A stretch of DNA of 64,000 nt from a virus. Taxonomy: Duplodnaviria > Caudoviricetes. Position 1 is the stretch's first letter, and each line of letters opens with the position of its first letter. Below the pieces are notes generated by a model. It worked only from the letters and a program-made list of their open reading frames with translations, was not told the DNA's origin and did not search any database. The translations under genes and the position numbers were made by a program. This document shows positions 22,543 through 32,991 of the stretch, in pieces. The DNA is taken from the IMG/VR virus record IMGVR_UViG_3300031555_010858, positions 138,637 to 202,636 of that record; one strand, given 5' to 3'.

Positions 22543-22875
22543 TTATCCTTTAGCTTCTTCATCATCATCAGTTATATTATTTTCTCCTTTATAGTTATTA
22601 ATTTCAGAATCATATGCTCTAGCTTTTTGTCCATTAGCAATTTTAGATTTTTTAATACTTGCTAATAACCATAATTCTCCTGTACAGAAAGCATAAAAAC
22701 ATGTTGTAAGTGTTGGAGATATTTCAACACCTATTTTTAGTTGTAACCATATAGCAGCAGCTGTATAACTGAATAATGATATTATAACGAATAAAATTAT
22801 CAATTTACTAGTTCTACTATGTGATTTTACTCGGTTACGTTTAATTTTATCTTTTATAAGACGTATCTTAAACAT
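22543..22875 (-). CDS. Small two-TM membrane protein, putative holin
   Basis: Two hydrophobic segments and a charged C-tail; divergent from the endolysin; ATG at 22875 follows SD GGGAGTG. Confidence 0.5.
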   Translation of the reverse strand: MFKIRLIKDKIKRNRVKSHSRTSKLIILFVIISLFSYTAAAIWLQLKIGVEISPTLTTCFYAFCTGELWLLASIKKSKIANGQKARAYDSEINNYKGENNITDDDEEAKG

Positions 22876-22905
22876 TAGAATTTCACTCCCTAATTCATAA
22901 TTTAT

Positions 22906-22936
22906 TAAATATTTGTTGACATGAAACAACTAATTA
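22906..22936. promoter_or_regulatory. Back-to-back AR9-type late promoters (holin-like gene and endolysin)
   Basis: AACA-AATATT-TA on minus (22906-22917) and AACA-ACTAAT-TA on plus (22925-22936). Confidence 0.65.
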
Positions 22937-22985
22937 AATTGGATAAGAAATTCAATGTAATCAAATTTAGAAGGAGTAGATTTTT

Positions 22986-23867
22986 ATGGCAAATTATATA
23001 ATATTAGATTCAGGACATGCGAAAGCTACTGGAGGTAAAAGATCTCCTGATAGCAGTTTATTAGAATGGGAATTCAATAATGATATGCAGTATAAATTAA
23101 AAGCTAGATTAGAACAATTAGGTTTTATAGTTTATCTAGTAAACCCTAATCCTGAAAAAGGTGCCGATAAAGCATTAGCTGCTAGATGTAAAGATGCTAA
23201 TAATTATTGGGCTGGAAAAGGAAAGCCTAACTGTCTTTTCGTTAGTTTACATGCAAATGCTGCAGGTTCAGGTAGTTGGTATCAAGCTAGAGGTGTAGAA
23301 GTTTATACATGTAAAGGTTGTTCAACTAAATCAGCAAATGCAGCTAAGAAAATATGCAGTGCAATATACAAAGACGTTTATGCAGTAGATAAAGGATTTA
23401 AAAATAGAGGTTATAAACAAAATAATTACTATGTTGTTAAACATACAAATATGCCAGGTGTGTTAATTGAATACGCATTCTATGATAATAAAGAAGATAT
23501 TAAAATATTAAAAAACAAAAGAAATTTATTATGTGAAGCTACATTAAAAGGTATATGTGAACATTTCGGTGTAGCTTATAAAGCAGCTTCTAGTCAACCA
23601 ATACAAGAAGTAACTAAACCTGTTATCAATTTACCATCTAATGGTAAACCTTGGAAAAATGGAACTTATAACGCTAAAGTTAAAGTAACTGCAGGAACTT
23701 TAAATGTTAGAGCAGGAAGACCTGGAAGTCCTGAATACAATAATATAATAGGTAAACTTTCTAAAGGTACTATAGTTCAAGTTGGATATTGTCTCAACGG
23801 ATGGTTTGGTGTTGTGATCAATGGAAAACAAGGATTTATTTCAGGAGATTATGTAGTATTAGTATAA
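22986..23867 (+). CDS. N-acetylmuramoyl-L-alanine amidase (Amidase_3) with C-terminal SH3b; endolysin
   Basis: IILDSGH, E (LLEWEFN), FVSLHANA and VLIEYAFYDN zinc-amidase motifs; C-terminal LNVRAG...GWFGV...GFISGDYV SH3b signature. Confidence 0.9.
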   Translation: MANYIILDSGHAKATGGKRSPDSSLLEWEFNNDMQYKLKARLEQLGFIVYLVNPNPEKGADKALAARCKDANNYWAGKGKPNCLFVSLHANAAGSGSWYQARGVEVYTCKGCSTKSANAAKKICSAIYKDVYAVDKGFKNRGYKQNNYYVVKHTNMPGVLIEYAFYDNKEDIKILKNKRNLLCEATLKGICEHFGVAYKAASSQPIQEVTKPVINLPSNGKPWKNGTYNAKVKVTAGTLNVRAGRPGSPEYNNIIGKLSKGTIVQVGYCLNGWFGVVINGKQGFISGDYVVLV

Positions 23868-23887
23868 TTATAAGGAGAAGGATTGGT

Positions 23888-24256
23888 ATGAATAACTATG
23901 TTTATAGATACGATCAATTTGTTGTTAAAAAAACAACAGAAGGAGGATTTGTCGTTGTAAACACGAAATCCAGTTACGAATGCCATTCACATGTTAAATC
24001 AGTCCAAGCTGGTAAAGCATTGTGTAAACTAGCTGCAAAACATAAATTACCAAAGAATAACGATTTATATTTTATAGAAAGTTTAATACGTTTAACTAAT
24101 AATAAAAAATATTTATGTGAGTTAAATAAATTAAAAGCTGATATAATAAATAATAATATAATCGAAACTAAAAAATCTAAGATTTATAGAGAAAGTGAAA
24201 ATGACATAAGACGAGAAATCGCAGAAGGATTAGATGATTATTACAATGAAGATTAA
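23888..24256 (+). CDS. Hypothetical protein
   Basis: ATG at 23888 after SD AGGAGAAGG; the longer track start overlaps the endolysin. Confidence 0.65.
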   Translation: MNNYVYRYDQFVVKKTTEGGFVVVNTKSSYECHSHVKSVQAGKALCKLAAKHKLPKNNDLYFIESLIRLTNNKKYLCELNKLKADIINNNIIETKKSKIYRESENDIRREIAEGLDDYYNED

Positions 24257-24259
24257 AAT

Positions 24260-24302
24260 AAATATTCTATTATATGATCTAAGATCATATAATAGAATAT
24301 TT
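24260..24302. terminator. Bidirectional terminator
   Basis: ~20-bp perfect inverted repeat between convergent genes. Confidence 0.7.
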
Positions 24303-24311
24303 TAATTATTT

Positions 24312-24524
24312 TTAATGTTTAATCATACGTTTTATCATTACTTTTATAAATCCATATAGAACTATTACACCTACACCATATAACCCAAATAATACACCTA
24401 TAATAGCACATAAATTTGGGCTCATATCTAATTCAGGAAATTTATCATTTCCTATTCTTATAATTTCATGAGCAGCATATCCTGCAAAAATTGTTACACA
24501 TAACCAAACTAAAAAATTTATCAT
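24312..24524 (-). CDS. Small membrane protein
   Basis: 70 aa with two hydrophobic segments; SD GGATGGTG. Confidence 0.6.
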   Translation of the reverse strand: MINFLVWLCVTIFAGYAAHEIIRIGNDKFPELDMSPNLCAIIGVLFGLYGVGVIVLYGFIKVMIKRMIKH

Positions 24525-24541
24525 ATATTATACACCATCCT

Positions 24542-25204
24542 TTATAATAATTCACTTACATCTACTGATTTAGTTATGCCTCTGAATCCTGTTGGTGATA
24601 AATTTAATTCAAACTCATTTTCATCTACAACTGCTATTACACCAATATGTGCTAATTCTCCTAACGTATTTTTAAATAATACCATATTTTCTTCTGATAC
24701 TAATGCAAATTCTACTTCTATTTCTTCTTCATTTTTCATGTCACTTGTTAACGTAACTTTTAATACTTTTAAATTTACTGGTGTTACAAGATTTATACCT
24801 AATATAGGCATTGGTTTTATATTACAGTTTAAACCATCATACAACACTCTATCTTCTCCATCAACTATACATGGAATACATAAACCGTCTACTGGTTTTA
24901 AATCTTCAGTTAGTTTGTTATAATATTCTAATTCTTCCTCTGTTGGTTTATATTCTATTTCTTCTTCTTTCAATGTAATATCAGTTTCATCCATCATTTC
25001 ATTAAATGTTTTAAAATCAAATAATGGTTCTACTGCTTCTACACATGGTACATTTGTTGGATCTATAAAAGCAAATGGTTCGATAGTTTTTTCTTCACCA
25101 TCTGCATCTTTATTAGCTATTTCATAAAATCTTTCTCTTGTATATTTATTTGCAATTAACTCTTGTATAAATTGTTTTAAAGCCTCTTTTTTAGAATTAT
25201 TCAT
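24542..25204 (-). CDS. Hypothetical acidic protein
   Basis: ATG at 25204 after SD AAGGGG; AACA-N6-TA motif upstream. Confidence 0.7.
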   Translation of the reverse strand: MNNSKKEALKQFIQELIANKYTRERFYEIANKDADGEEKTIEPFAFIDPTNVPCVEAVEPLFDFKTFNEMMDETDITLKEEEIEYKPTEEELEYYNKLTEDLKPVDGLCIPCIVDGEDRVLYDGLNCNIKPMPILGINLVTPVNLKVLKVTLTSDMKNEEEIEVEFALVSEENMVLFKNTLGELAHIGVIAVVDENEFELNLSPTGFRGITKSVDVSELL

Positions 25205-25232
25205 AATTATTTCCCCTTTCATATTTTATTTC

Positions 25233-25290
25233 TATTAATTTGTTATACTATATATAATTTTTAATAAGATGCTTCAAAAACAAGTTATTA
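25233..25290. promoter_or_regulatory. Divergent AR9-type late promoters
   Basis: AACA-AATTAA-TA on minus (25233-25244) and AACA-AGTTAT-TA on plus (25279-25290). Confidence 0.65.
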
Positions 25291-25324
25291 AGGATTAAAA
25301 TAACTAAATAAAGGAGGTTTTAGT

Positions 25325-28300
25325 ATGGGTATGGACAATTATAACTTTAGATATCAGGCGTATAAAAATAATACGTTTGATTTAGATGTAGTTGAAAAAA
25401 GTTTAGATGAATCCAAAATGTCCGCATATCAATATCTAAGACAATTTCAATTAGACTCTACGGGTTATAAAAGATTCGATTTTAAGATGCAAGAAATTTA
25501 TAGAACTAACAAAGTAAATCATGTTCCTGTTTTAGTTCCTAGAAAATGGGTATTCTTTATAGATTACGAATTTATAAATGTTGGTAAGCGTCTTGCATAT
25601 AAAAGATCTAGCTTATATGAAAAAGATTTAAGCTTTGACCAAATAATAAATCGTCCTGATTTATTTGATGCAACATTCCTTGTATTTATCGACGGTAGAT
25701 TATATACTAAGGGTATAAATGTTTTATGTAAAGAAGATAAAACTTATATGATATTCACTTGTAGAGAAACACCTTCAGAAGAGGGATTTAGTATAGGTGA
25801 AATGAGAGATTATATAGAAAAAAATTCAGATGTAACTATATATTTCATACCAAATACAGGAATAAAAAATATATCTACTAATGCATATAGATTAAGAACG
25901 TTAAATAAAGATAACGGACTTCCAACTAAAAATCTAGGATTAGTTGATTATGTTGATTATTCTAAATCTATAGTTTTCTCTAGACATGTTAATGAAAACT
26001 ATTCATCATTAATAGATATTGATATAAACGATAAAGGTATGGTTGTAGATAATTCATATGTTGAAAAGATAATTCGTTATTATCCTGATAATACTGCTAT
26101 AGATATACAATTAATACCTTTAAGACATATGTTAAAAACTATAAAAATAGAATACGATAAATGGTTTGAGATACCTATGCAGGATTATCCTGTTGCAGTA
26201 GAAAACTGCCTAATTATCGATGAAGACGGATTATTTGTTCACGAAGCTAAATTAAACCATTATTATCCAAATATATATTCTATAGAAAATATAGATGATA
26301 TAATAAAAACTAAAAAATTATACATTTATGTTTTCTATTATGAAAATAACGTAGATAAATTAAAACATCTTGATATGTTAGCAGCATATCATAAATACGT
26401 ACCACATTATCTTGAAAAATATCGTGATGGTACTATATTAGATGAAATTAAAAAATTTAATCCATTATTAGTCCCATACAGTATAAAAGACTACAGAAAA
26501 GGTTTGATGAAAAATAAAGATTTCCCTTCTTCTTTTATAATGAGTACTAATGGTATTATATATAAAATATCATTACTTGATGGTGAACTAATAAGTGAAG
26601 AATATAAAGGTAGAGACATAACAGAAGTTCCTGATTGTTATTACGTGTATGATAATCTAACATCATTATCTTATAAAATATATATGGAAGGCAATCAACT
26701 TTGTTCTGAATTGTATAATAAAAATATAGATCCTGATATCCTTTACGTATATGATCCTACTAATGATTCTCATAATAGAGTTGGTGTTTATGATACAATT
26801 TTAGCATTATTTGAGTATTTACAATATGATGACCACTTTAGATATAAGATAAACAAAATGAGAGAATTTATAAAAGCTGACGTGAATAATTTTAGAAGAT
26901 ATTTACGTAACTTAGGATTAGGTAATAATTACTATTACGTTGATGTTGCTAAAATAAATTTAAACCAAAGAAAACGTAAAGATAATAAAGATACTGGTCT
27001 TATGTTATCTACATTTAAAGAAGATATGTATATGTTTATATTTAGAAATGACTTTAGAGGAATGTATGATGATATAATTATACATGTAGATGGTACACGT
27101 TACGATAATGAAATAATATTGTATAATACAGATATGTTAGATTATGTTTATATACCATGTAGATTAGTTGAACCCACAACCGTACTAGAAATAGAAAAAG
27201 TTTCAGATACAAGTAAACATTTTAATTTTATAGCAAATAACACATCTGATATATTATCAATAGATATAGGAGATCGTGCAGTTAGAAATAAGACATTATT
27301 TAATGATTTATTTATAGTTGATAATGAAACTGGAAATTACCTAGACCCATCGTCTTATCAAATAATTTTACCAATAAAATTCCATATGGATGATATTGAA
27401 TCTGATATAGTACTTGATTATATTATATCTGAAAATGATAATGGTTATTATCAATTAGCTATATTGGATAGGGGTCTAATTGAAATTTATAGGGATGACG
27501 ATGATATTGAACATGATAACGCATACTATCTTTCATTACAAGATAATAAAGATAATTTCTATCAATTTGATATGAATAATAATAAAGCTAAATTTATTAA
27601 GGTTGATTCTATAAATGGATATGCTATAAATAAAATAAGATCTATGAATAAAAAAATGATATATCAATTTAAAATGGTTAATGGTGTTGTAAAAATAGAA
27701 ATATCTGATGATGACGGTTCTGGTAAATCGTTAGCAGAGGGTGGGCTTAATTTAATTGATTTAAAAGATGTTTTCATAAACTGTCCGAGAATAATAAAAA
27801 TAAAAATAACTGATAAGCAATATCTTGATAAAAAATTAAGTCTTCATATTAAAAAAATACATAATATGGACCATATTGATAATGATATATTACGACCTGA
27901 AGATGGACCTGAAGCTAACTTTGAAGTTATAAAAGTACCTTCAGCTTGTAAAAAAGATCCTAGATATTTTAGAGTTTATAGTAACGGTAGACTTGTTCCT
28001 AGACATTTAGGTGTTGTTAAAATAGATGAATATGATTTAACTTCAAAAGTTAATCTGCTACCAGGATTCTTAAGAGAACCAGGTATTGATTATAATATAG
28101 CTGTTGAAAGTATGCCTTATATGATGAAACAAGTTTGTTATTTAGAAAAAATACCAACTGACAAGGCTATAAATTTAAAAGGTCTTATAGATAAACCGTT
28201 TGATTTTAAATGGTATGATATATATTTAAATGGTAAAAAACTTGTTAAAAAAGATGTTGAAATAATAACTGCAAATATTATTAAAATATTAAAAACTGAC

Positions 28301-28729
28301 TCTATACATAGCTTAGAGATAATAGAGAATTCTAGAGATATTGAATACTTTGGAGGTCTATATAATAGTATAGATGGTGCATTTGATGGTATATATGATA
28401 TTCTCGATGATATATATGAAAAGGATGAAGAATTTTCAGGGAATATAGATAATTCAGTTGCAGATAACGAAGATATAAAAGATACCGAAAAACCTGTAGT
28501 GGATGTGCCTATAGATCCTTTAGATTTTATAATTAGAGAATTTTATAAATATCTTACAAATTCTTTTGGATTTATAAATCCTGACTATTTACAATTAACT
28601 GAACAAGATTTAGCATTGTTTGAAGGTATAATAGATATAAACGATCCATTTGAACTTGCATTTGATAGAATGGGAGAAAATGTAATTGATACAAATAGAC
28701 TAGCTATATCTATAAATCCCGATGAATAA
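25325..28729 (+). CDS. Large hypothetical protein, probable virion structural protein
   Basis: 1134 aa; SD AAGGAGG; late-type promoter at 25279; repeated FLVFIDG/YLNGKKL beta-rich segments like those of jumbo-phage structural proteins (inference). Confidence 0.6.
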   Translation: MGMDNYNFRYQAYKNNTFDLDVVEKSLDESKMSAYQYLRQFQLDSTGYKRFDFKMQEIYRTNKVNHVPVLVPRKWVFFIDYEFINVGKRLAYKRSSLYEKDLSFDQIINRPDLFDATFLVFIDGRLYTKGINVLCKEDKTYMIFTCRETPSEEGFSIGEMRDYIEKNSDVTIYFIPNTGIKNISTNAYRLRTLNKDNGLPTKNLGLVDYVDYSKSIVFSRHVNENYSSLIDIDINDKGMVVDNSYVEKIIRYYPDNTAIDIQLIPLRHMLKTIKIEYDKWFEIPMQDYPVAVENCLIIDEDGLFVHEAKLNHYYPNIYSIENIDDIIKTKKLYIYVFYYENNVDKLKHLDMLAAYHKYVPHYLEKYRDGTILDEIKKFNPLLVPYSIKDYRKGLMKNKDFPSSFIMSTNGIIYKISLLDGELISEEYKGRDITEVPDCYYVYDNLTSLSYKIYMEGNQLCSELYNKNIDPDILYVYDPTNDSHNRVGVYDTILALFEYLQYDDHFRYKINKMREFIKADVNNFRRYLRNLGLGNNYYYVDVAKINLNQRKRKDNKDTGLMLSTFKEDMYMFIFRNDFRGMYDDIIIHVDGTRYDNEIILYNTDMLDYVYIPCRLVEPTTVLEIEKVSDTSKHFNFIANNTSDILSIDIGDRAVRNKTLFNDLFIVDNETGNYLDPSSYQIILPIKFHMDDIESDIVLDYIISENDNGYYQLAILDRGLIEIYRDDDDIEHDNAYYLSLQDNKDNFYQFDMNNNKAKFIKVDSINGYAINKIRSMNKKMIYQFKMVNGVVKIEISDDDGSGKSLAEGGLNLIDLKDVFINCPRIIKIKITDKQYLDKKLSLHIKKIHNMDHIDNDILRPEDGPEANFEVIKVPSACKKDPRYFRVYSNGRLVPRHLGVVKIDEYDLTSKVNLLPGFLREPGIDYNIAVESMPYMMKQVCYLEKIPTDKAINLKGLIDKPFDFKWYDIYLNGKKLVKKDVEIITANIIKILKTDSIHSLEIIENSRDIEYFGGLYNSIDGAFDGIYDILDDIYEKDEEFSGNIDNSVADNEDIKDTEKPVVDVPIDPLDFIIREFYKYLTNSFGFINPDYLQLTEQDLALFEGIIDINDPFELAFDRMGENVIDTNRLAISINPDE

Positions 28730-28765
28730 AAATATTATAATTGTTTTCTGGGTTAGTGCCCAGAA

Positions 28766-28777
28766 AACAATTATTTA
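28766..28777 (+). promoter_or_regulatory. AR9-type late promoter AACA-N6-TA, inside an inverted repeat
   Basis: AACA-ATTATT-TA overlaps the right arm of hairpin 28738-28773. Confidence 0.6.
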
Positions 28778-28811
28778 ATAAATTCTGTAAAATTGAAAGG
28801 AGAGTAAAAGT

Positions 28812-29432
28812 ATGAGTAATCAAGATGCTTTACGTGATTTAATACAAAGATTTGCTATCTCTGCACTTTCTAGAGAAAGAAAGCATGAAGCATTAAATGA
28901 AGAAATACTAGTTGGTAAATATACAGGTGAATTTTATATCAAATCTAAAGATGCAGTCGTAATGTCTGCTGATATAATGAACCGTATGAAAGCATCAACT
29001 GATGAGGCTATTCGTGTAGCTGAATTATTATGTATGACTGGAGAAATTTATAATGTAGAACTTCAAAATCATGTTCTTCCAGATCATATAGATTATAATG
29101 TAAATATTCTTCAAAACGATATTATTGAATTACCGAGTGATAGTAAAGAAATTTTATTAAATCTTGATATTGATGAGTATGATATTATTGATGGTAAGCC
29201 TAATATAGTATATAGTGAAGGAAAGGTTAAAATATTATTTGAAATAGTTATCGATGGCGTTATTAAATATCACCGTGTAGACAAAAATCTTGCAAATATA
29301 AATGTTTCAATAATTCCATTAGAGTTTGAAAATGCTTCATCAATAAAATTAGTAGAACTAGTTGTGAGTAATGCTGGTGGAGATAATAGAGCATTATTAT
29401 TACACAATATATTTCTATCTGTAAATAAATAG
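28812..29432 (+). CDS. Hypothetical protein, possibly structural
   Basis: SD AAGGAG; late-type promoter at 28766. Confidence 0.7.
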   Translation: MSNQDALRDLIQRFAISALSRERKHEALNEEILVGKYTGEFYIKSKDAVVMSADIMNRMKASTDEAIRVAELLCMTGEIYNVELQNHVLPDHIDYNVNILQNDIIELPSDSKEILLNLDIDEYDIIDGKPNIVYSEGKVKILFEIVIDGVIKYHRVDKNLANINVSIIPLEFENASSIKLVELVVSNAGGDNRALLLHNIFLSVNK

Positions 29433-29445
29433 GAGGTGACTATAA

Positions 29446-30216
29446 GTGGCTAAACTTAACCTAATTAAAAAATTAGTTAATGAAGATACTGTAAATAGTT
29501 TTAACTTAATATTAAACGTTTTATTTGGTGGTAAAAATCCAGAAATATATGATGAAAATAAAATATATAACAAAGGTGACTGTGTTATAATAGAAAAAGA
29601 TGGTGTTCATACAGTTGTTACTATAACTAAAGATGGTGTTACTGGACCATTTAATCCTGAAAATACTGGAGAAGTAGTATTTACAGATTTATTTAAAGAT
29701 AGTAGTATTTTAACACAAAATAATACTATAATACAAACTAAACAAGAAGCTTTATCTGACGATATAGCAACTCTTGTATATGAATTAGCAGGACTTGTAG
29801 ATCATAGATTATCATTAAAAGTTCTTTATAGAGATAATTTCAGGGATTTAGAAAATATAAATTTAATTAATGGTTTACATGTACCAGGTTCTATACAAGC
29901 AGTACCTGGAGTGGGATTAGAGTTTACATTAAATAATCCTATTCAATTATTAACACAACCTACAACTTTCAAATTAAAACATATAATAGAATTAATAGGA
30001 GTACCTACTATAGGGTGTTCTATAACATTTAACGCATTAGATGAAAAACCATATTGGTTTAATGCTAATGACGCTATATTATCAGCTGATTTCTTTGAGA
30101 TACCTAAATTTGATAAAGATGTTGATGTTCCATATGCATTAAATATAAGAATATTCGGTGAATGTGCAGCTAATTCATCATTAAAAATATCAGATTTAAT
30201 GGTGGTGTTTGTTTAA
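29446..30216 (+). CDS. Hypothetical protein, possibly structural
   Basis: GTG start after SD AGGAGGTG; co-operonic with its neighbours. Confidence 0.7.
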   Translation: MAKLNLIKKLVNEDTVNSFNLILNVLFGGKNPEIYDENKIYNKGDCVIIEKDGVHTVVTITKDGVTGPFNPENTGEVVFTDLFKDSSILTQNNTIIQTKQEALSDDIATLVYELAGLVDHRLSLKVLYRDNFRDLENINLINGLHVPGSIQAVPGVGLEFTLNNPIQLLTQPTTFKLKHIIELIGVPTIGCSITFNALDEKPYWFNANDAILSADFFEIPKFDKDVDVPYALNIRIFGECAANSSLKISDLMVVFV

Positions 30217-31208
30217 TGAAAGTCACATTTACAAAAAATTTATTTAGAAAATACTTATTAATGATAGCATGTTTGATATTATTCTTTGCTGGAGGTTTCA
30301 GAGCATTTAACTTATATAAAAATTATAAAAGTTACAATCAAGAAATAGCTACAATAGAAAAAAATGCTGATGAAAATATTCATACTATATTAAAAGCTAT
30401 ATTAATAGAAGCTTATGAAATGTCAAATAATAATACTAAAAACGATTCTATAACTTTACATCGATTAATGATAGAATCAATGTCGATGGAAGAAATATAT
30501 GATAATATTGTTAATATGAAATTAGGTGATAAATTTATAGAAATACTCGATGATGTATTTAATTTAGAAAATAAGGACGATAATATAATAATTACCGTAG
30601 GCACAAAAGATTATGTTATTTATAGTAGATCTAATATAAATTTAGATACTTATAAATATATAGAATCAGAAAATGGTTATTTGACTTGGGAAGAGTATTA
30701 TCTACAAGTTGATGACTCAGGTGTAATGAAACAAGCATATGAAGACATATCATTAAATAGAGTTGATTATGCTATACTTAGAACTGATGGATATTATCCT
30801 AATGGTACATATTACACTATAGATGATGTTATACAAGATTATCATGAAAATGGTATGAAGAATATGGATAAATACATGATAGTCACTATAGGTGTTATAA
30901 CGGATAATGGTGATATATTTGGGGAGAGGGATAGTAATTATCTAGCTAAAAACCCTAATGTTAATAAGATTTATATATTTAAATCTATATCAATTGGTAC
31001 ATTTCTATCCAATTATACTGATTTATTAGAACAATGTGACCAATCAGTAACAACAAAAATTATACAATATAGAAATAATACTGAATTTGGTAACGGTTTA
31101 ATCAATATTTTCTTAGTTACAACAACAATAATAATTCTAATGATAGTGATTAAAAGTTTAGATGATGAGAATATGAAATTAAACAACGATTTGAATAAAC
31201 CTAAGTAA
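30216..31208 (+). CDS. Membrane protein with two TM helices flanking a ~260-aa soluble domain
   Basis: Hydrophobic YLLMIACLILFFAGGF and LINIFLVTTTIIILMIVI segments; TAATG coupling to the upstream gene. Confidence 0.7.
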   Translation: MKVTFTKNLFRKYLLMIACLILFFAGGFRAFNLYKNYKSYNQEIATIEKNADENIHTILKAILIEAYEMSNNNTKNDSITLHRLMIESMSMEEIYDNIVNMKLGDKFIEILDDVFNLENKDDNIIITVGTKDYVIYSRSNINLDTYKYIESENGYLTWEEYYLQVDDSGVMKQAYEDISLNRVDYAILRTDGYYPNGTYYTIDDVIQDYHENGMKNMDKYMIVTIGVITDNGDIFGERDSNYLAKNPNVNKIYIFKSISIGTFLSNYTDLLEQCDQSVTTKIIQYRNNTEFGNGLINIFLVTTTIIILMIVIKSLDDENMKLNNDLNKPK

Positions 31209-31233
31209 AGGATTAATATGTGGAGATGGTACG

Positions 31234-31647
31234 ATGCAAGGAATGAATATTGAAGTTTTTTTATCTGTAGCTATACCATTATCTCTATATTTTTTAATCA
31301 CATTAGCAGGTTCTTTTGTCAAAGATATGTATAATAGTATTAGAGGTACTGATACATCATTTAGATTATATAGGATATTAATAGGATCTTTGTTTAGTGC
31401 TTTTGTAATGGTCGGTATTGAAGGATGGTTATTAAAGTACATGGGACTAAAGGAAATAGTTGTAATCGCATTTTTCATCGGAATACTTAGTTTTGAATTA
31501 TTTGAAAGATTATCTAATATAGATGGCTTATTTAAGTTCTATCAAACATACCAACAGATTAAACGTGGTGAAAAAGTTGACCTTAAAGATAAGCCTAATT
31601 TAACAGAATCGGTTGAAAAGAAAAATAAACCACCAGATGATAAATAA
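31234..31647 (+). CDS. Three-TM membrane protein, holin-like
   Basis: Three hydrophobic segments and a basic C-tail; 137 aa. Confidence 0.55.
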   Translation: MQGMNIEVFLSVAIPLSLYFLITLAGSFVKDMYNSIRGTDTSFRLYRILIGSLFSAFVMVGIEGWLLKYMGLKEIVVIAFFIGILSFELFERLSNIDGLFKFYQTYQQIKRGEKVDLKDKPNLTESVEKKNKPPDDK

Positions 31648-31675
31648 AAGATATATCCTTCGGGATATATCTTTT
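31646..31675 (+). terminator. Intrinsic terminator with C(UUCG)G loop
   Basis: AAAAGATATATCC-TTCG-GGATATATCTTTT. Confidence 0.75.
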
Positions 31676-31697
31676 ATATGATCCGTAATTCGTAGGA

Positions 31698-31723
31698 TTT
31701 CGATACCATATTATAACAATGAA
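31698..31723 (+). promoter_or_regulatory. Early-type phage promoter motif
   Basis: TTTCGATACCATATTAT-AACAA-TGAA; one of six copies. Confidence 0.7.
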
Positions 31724-31755
31724 ATACGATAATAATATATTAATGGAGGTAAGTT

Positions 31756-32163
31756 ATGTATAATTATAACGCTATAATAAATTATGTAAATGAAATGATA
31801 GAAGGATTTGAAAACTTTGAAATAGTTGAGAATGAAGAACATTTTGCTTATAATATGGTAGAAGATAAATTATATGTAAATAATGAAAAACATGATGATA
31901 AAGAATTTAATACATTTATGATAAACTATTTAAAAGAAGAATTTGGTTTAGAAATAGCTGAAGAAAAATTATATATATTCTATACATTACATGAATTAGG
32001 ACATAGAGAAACTATAGAGAAAGTCAATTATGATAGATATATAGAAGAAGTTGAAAGACTTGATGGTAATGATTATTTAGGATATAGAAAAATATTTGCT
32101 GAATATTTAGCAGATAATTGGGCAGCATGTTTTATAGATACATTTGGTATAGATAATTTATAG
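31756..32163 (+). CDS. HExxH zinc-metallopeptidase-like early protein
   Basis: HELGH plus downstream EYLADNWA (ExxAD) motif; directly after an early-type promoter. Confidence 0.6.
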   Translation: MYNYNAIINYVNEMIEGFENFEIVENEEHFAYNMVEDKLYVNNEKHDDKEFNTFMINYLKEEFGLEIAEEKLYIFYTLHELGHRETIEKVNYDRYIEEVERLDGNDYLGYRKIFAEYLADNWAACFIDTFGIDNL

Positions 32164-32174
32164 GAGGTAATATT

Positions 32175-32417
32175 ATGAAATATTTAGAAATAGGAATAGG
32201 TAATACTTGGTTAGTTAGAACTGAAATTGAATTAAACGATGACTATGAATTTGAAATTAAAGGTTGGCAAGGTGGAATATATGCAGAAAGCTTTTATATA
32301 AGATTATGGCTTGGTGGAAAAAGAGTATTTATATTCGATACTAAAGAAGGATTTAAAATTAAAAAGAAAAACAAAAGAAAATTTAAAATAATATTTGGAA
32401 TACAAAGTAGATTATAA
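32175..32417 (+). CDS. Small conserved protein, DUF3977-like
   Basis: MKYLEIGIGNTWLVRTEIE...E.KG pattern recognised from memory of this Firmicute family; strong SD. Confidence 0.55.
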   Translation: MKYLEIGIGNTWLVRTEIELNDDYEFEIKGWQGGIYAESFYIRLWLGGKRVFIFDTKEGFKIKKKNKRKFKIIFGIQSRL

Positions 32418-32468
32418 ATAAGAAAGTTTGTATGATCCGTAAAAAATAAATTAATGGAGGGTAATAAT

Positions 32469-32948
32469 ATGTTAAATTATATATTAAATAAATTAGAAAA
32501 TATGGAAGAAAATAATAATAATTGTTTCTATAAAGATGAAGTAAATGAATTAGGATTTATATTAAGAAAAAGTACTAGATTATTACAAGAAAATGAAATA
32601 AGATTATCAGCAGTAACAACTGTAGATTTTGCAACATTTACAGGAATGAAAACTTATTTAGTAATATTAGTAGATGAAGACTTTACAAGATTAAATAGAT
32701 TAGAACAAGAATTCTTATTACAACATGAATTAGGACATTGGGAATATCATAAAGATTCTGATAGTGAAAGAAGAATAACTGAAGAATATGAAGCTGATGA
32801 ATATAGTGCAAGTAAAATAGGTTTTGACAAAGCAATAAAAGCATTAGAAAGTTTAAAAGTTACATTAACAGAATTAGATTTACCATCAGATTTAGAAGAA
32901 GTTGATTTAAGAATAGCAAATTTAGAAAGAAAAATGGTTATATGTTAA
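32469..32948 (+). CDS. HExxH zinc-metallopeptidase-like protein (ImmA/IrrE or M48-like)
   Basis: FLLQHELGH and EYEADEY motifs; ATG at 32469 after SD GGAGGG. Confidence 0.6.
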   Translation: MLNYILNKLENMEENNNNCFYKDEVNELGFILRKSTRLLQENEIRLSAVTTVDFATFTGMKTYLVILVDEDFTRLNRLEQEFLLQHELGHWEYHKDSDSERRITEEYEADEYSASKIGFDKAIKALESLKVTLTELDLPSDLEEVDLRIANLERKMVIC

Positions 32949-32953
32949 CAAAT

Positions 32954-32991
32954 AAAAATAAAACTTACCAAAAGGTAAGTTTTATTTTTTT
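32954..32991. terminator. Bidirectional terminator
   Basis: AAAAATAAAACTTACC / GGTAAGTTTTATTTTT between convergent genes. Confidence 0.7.
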
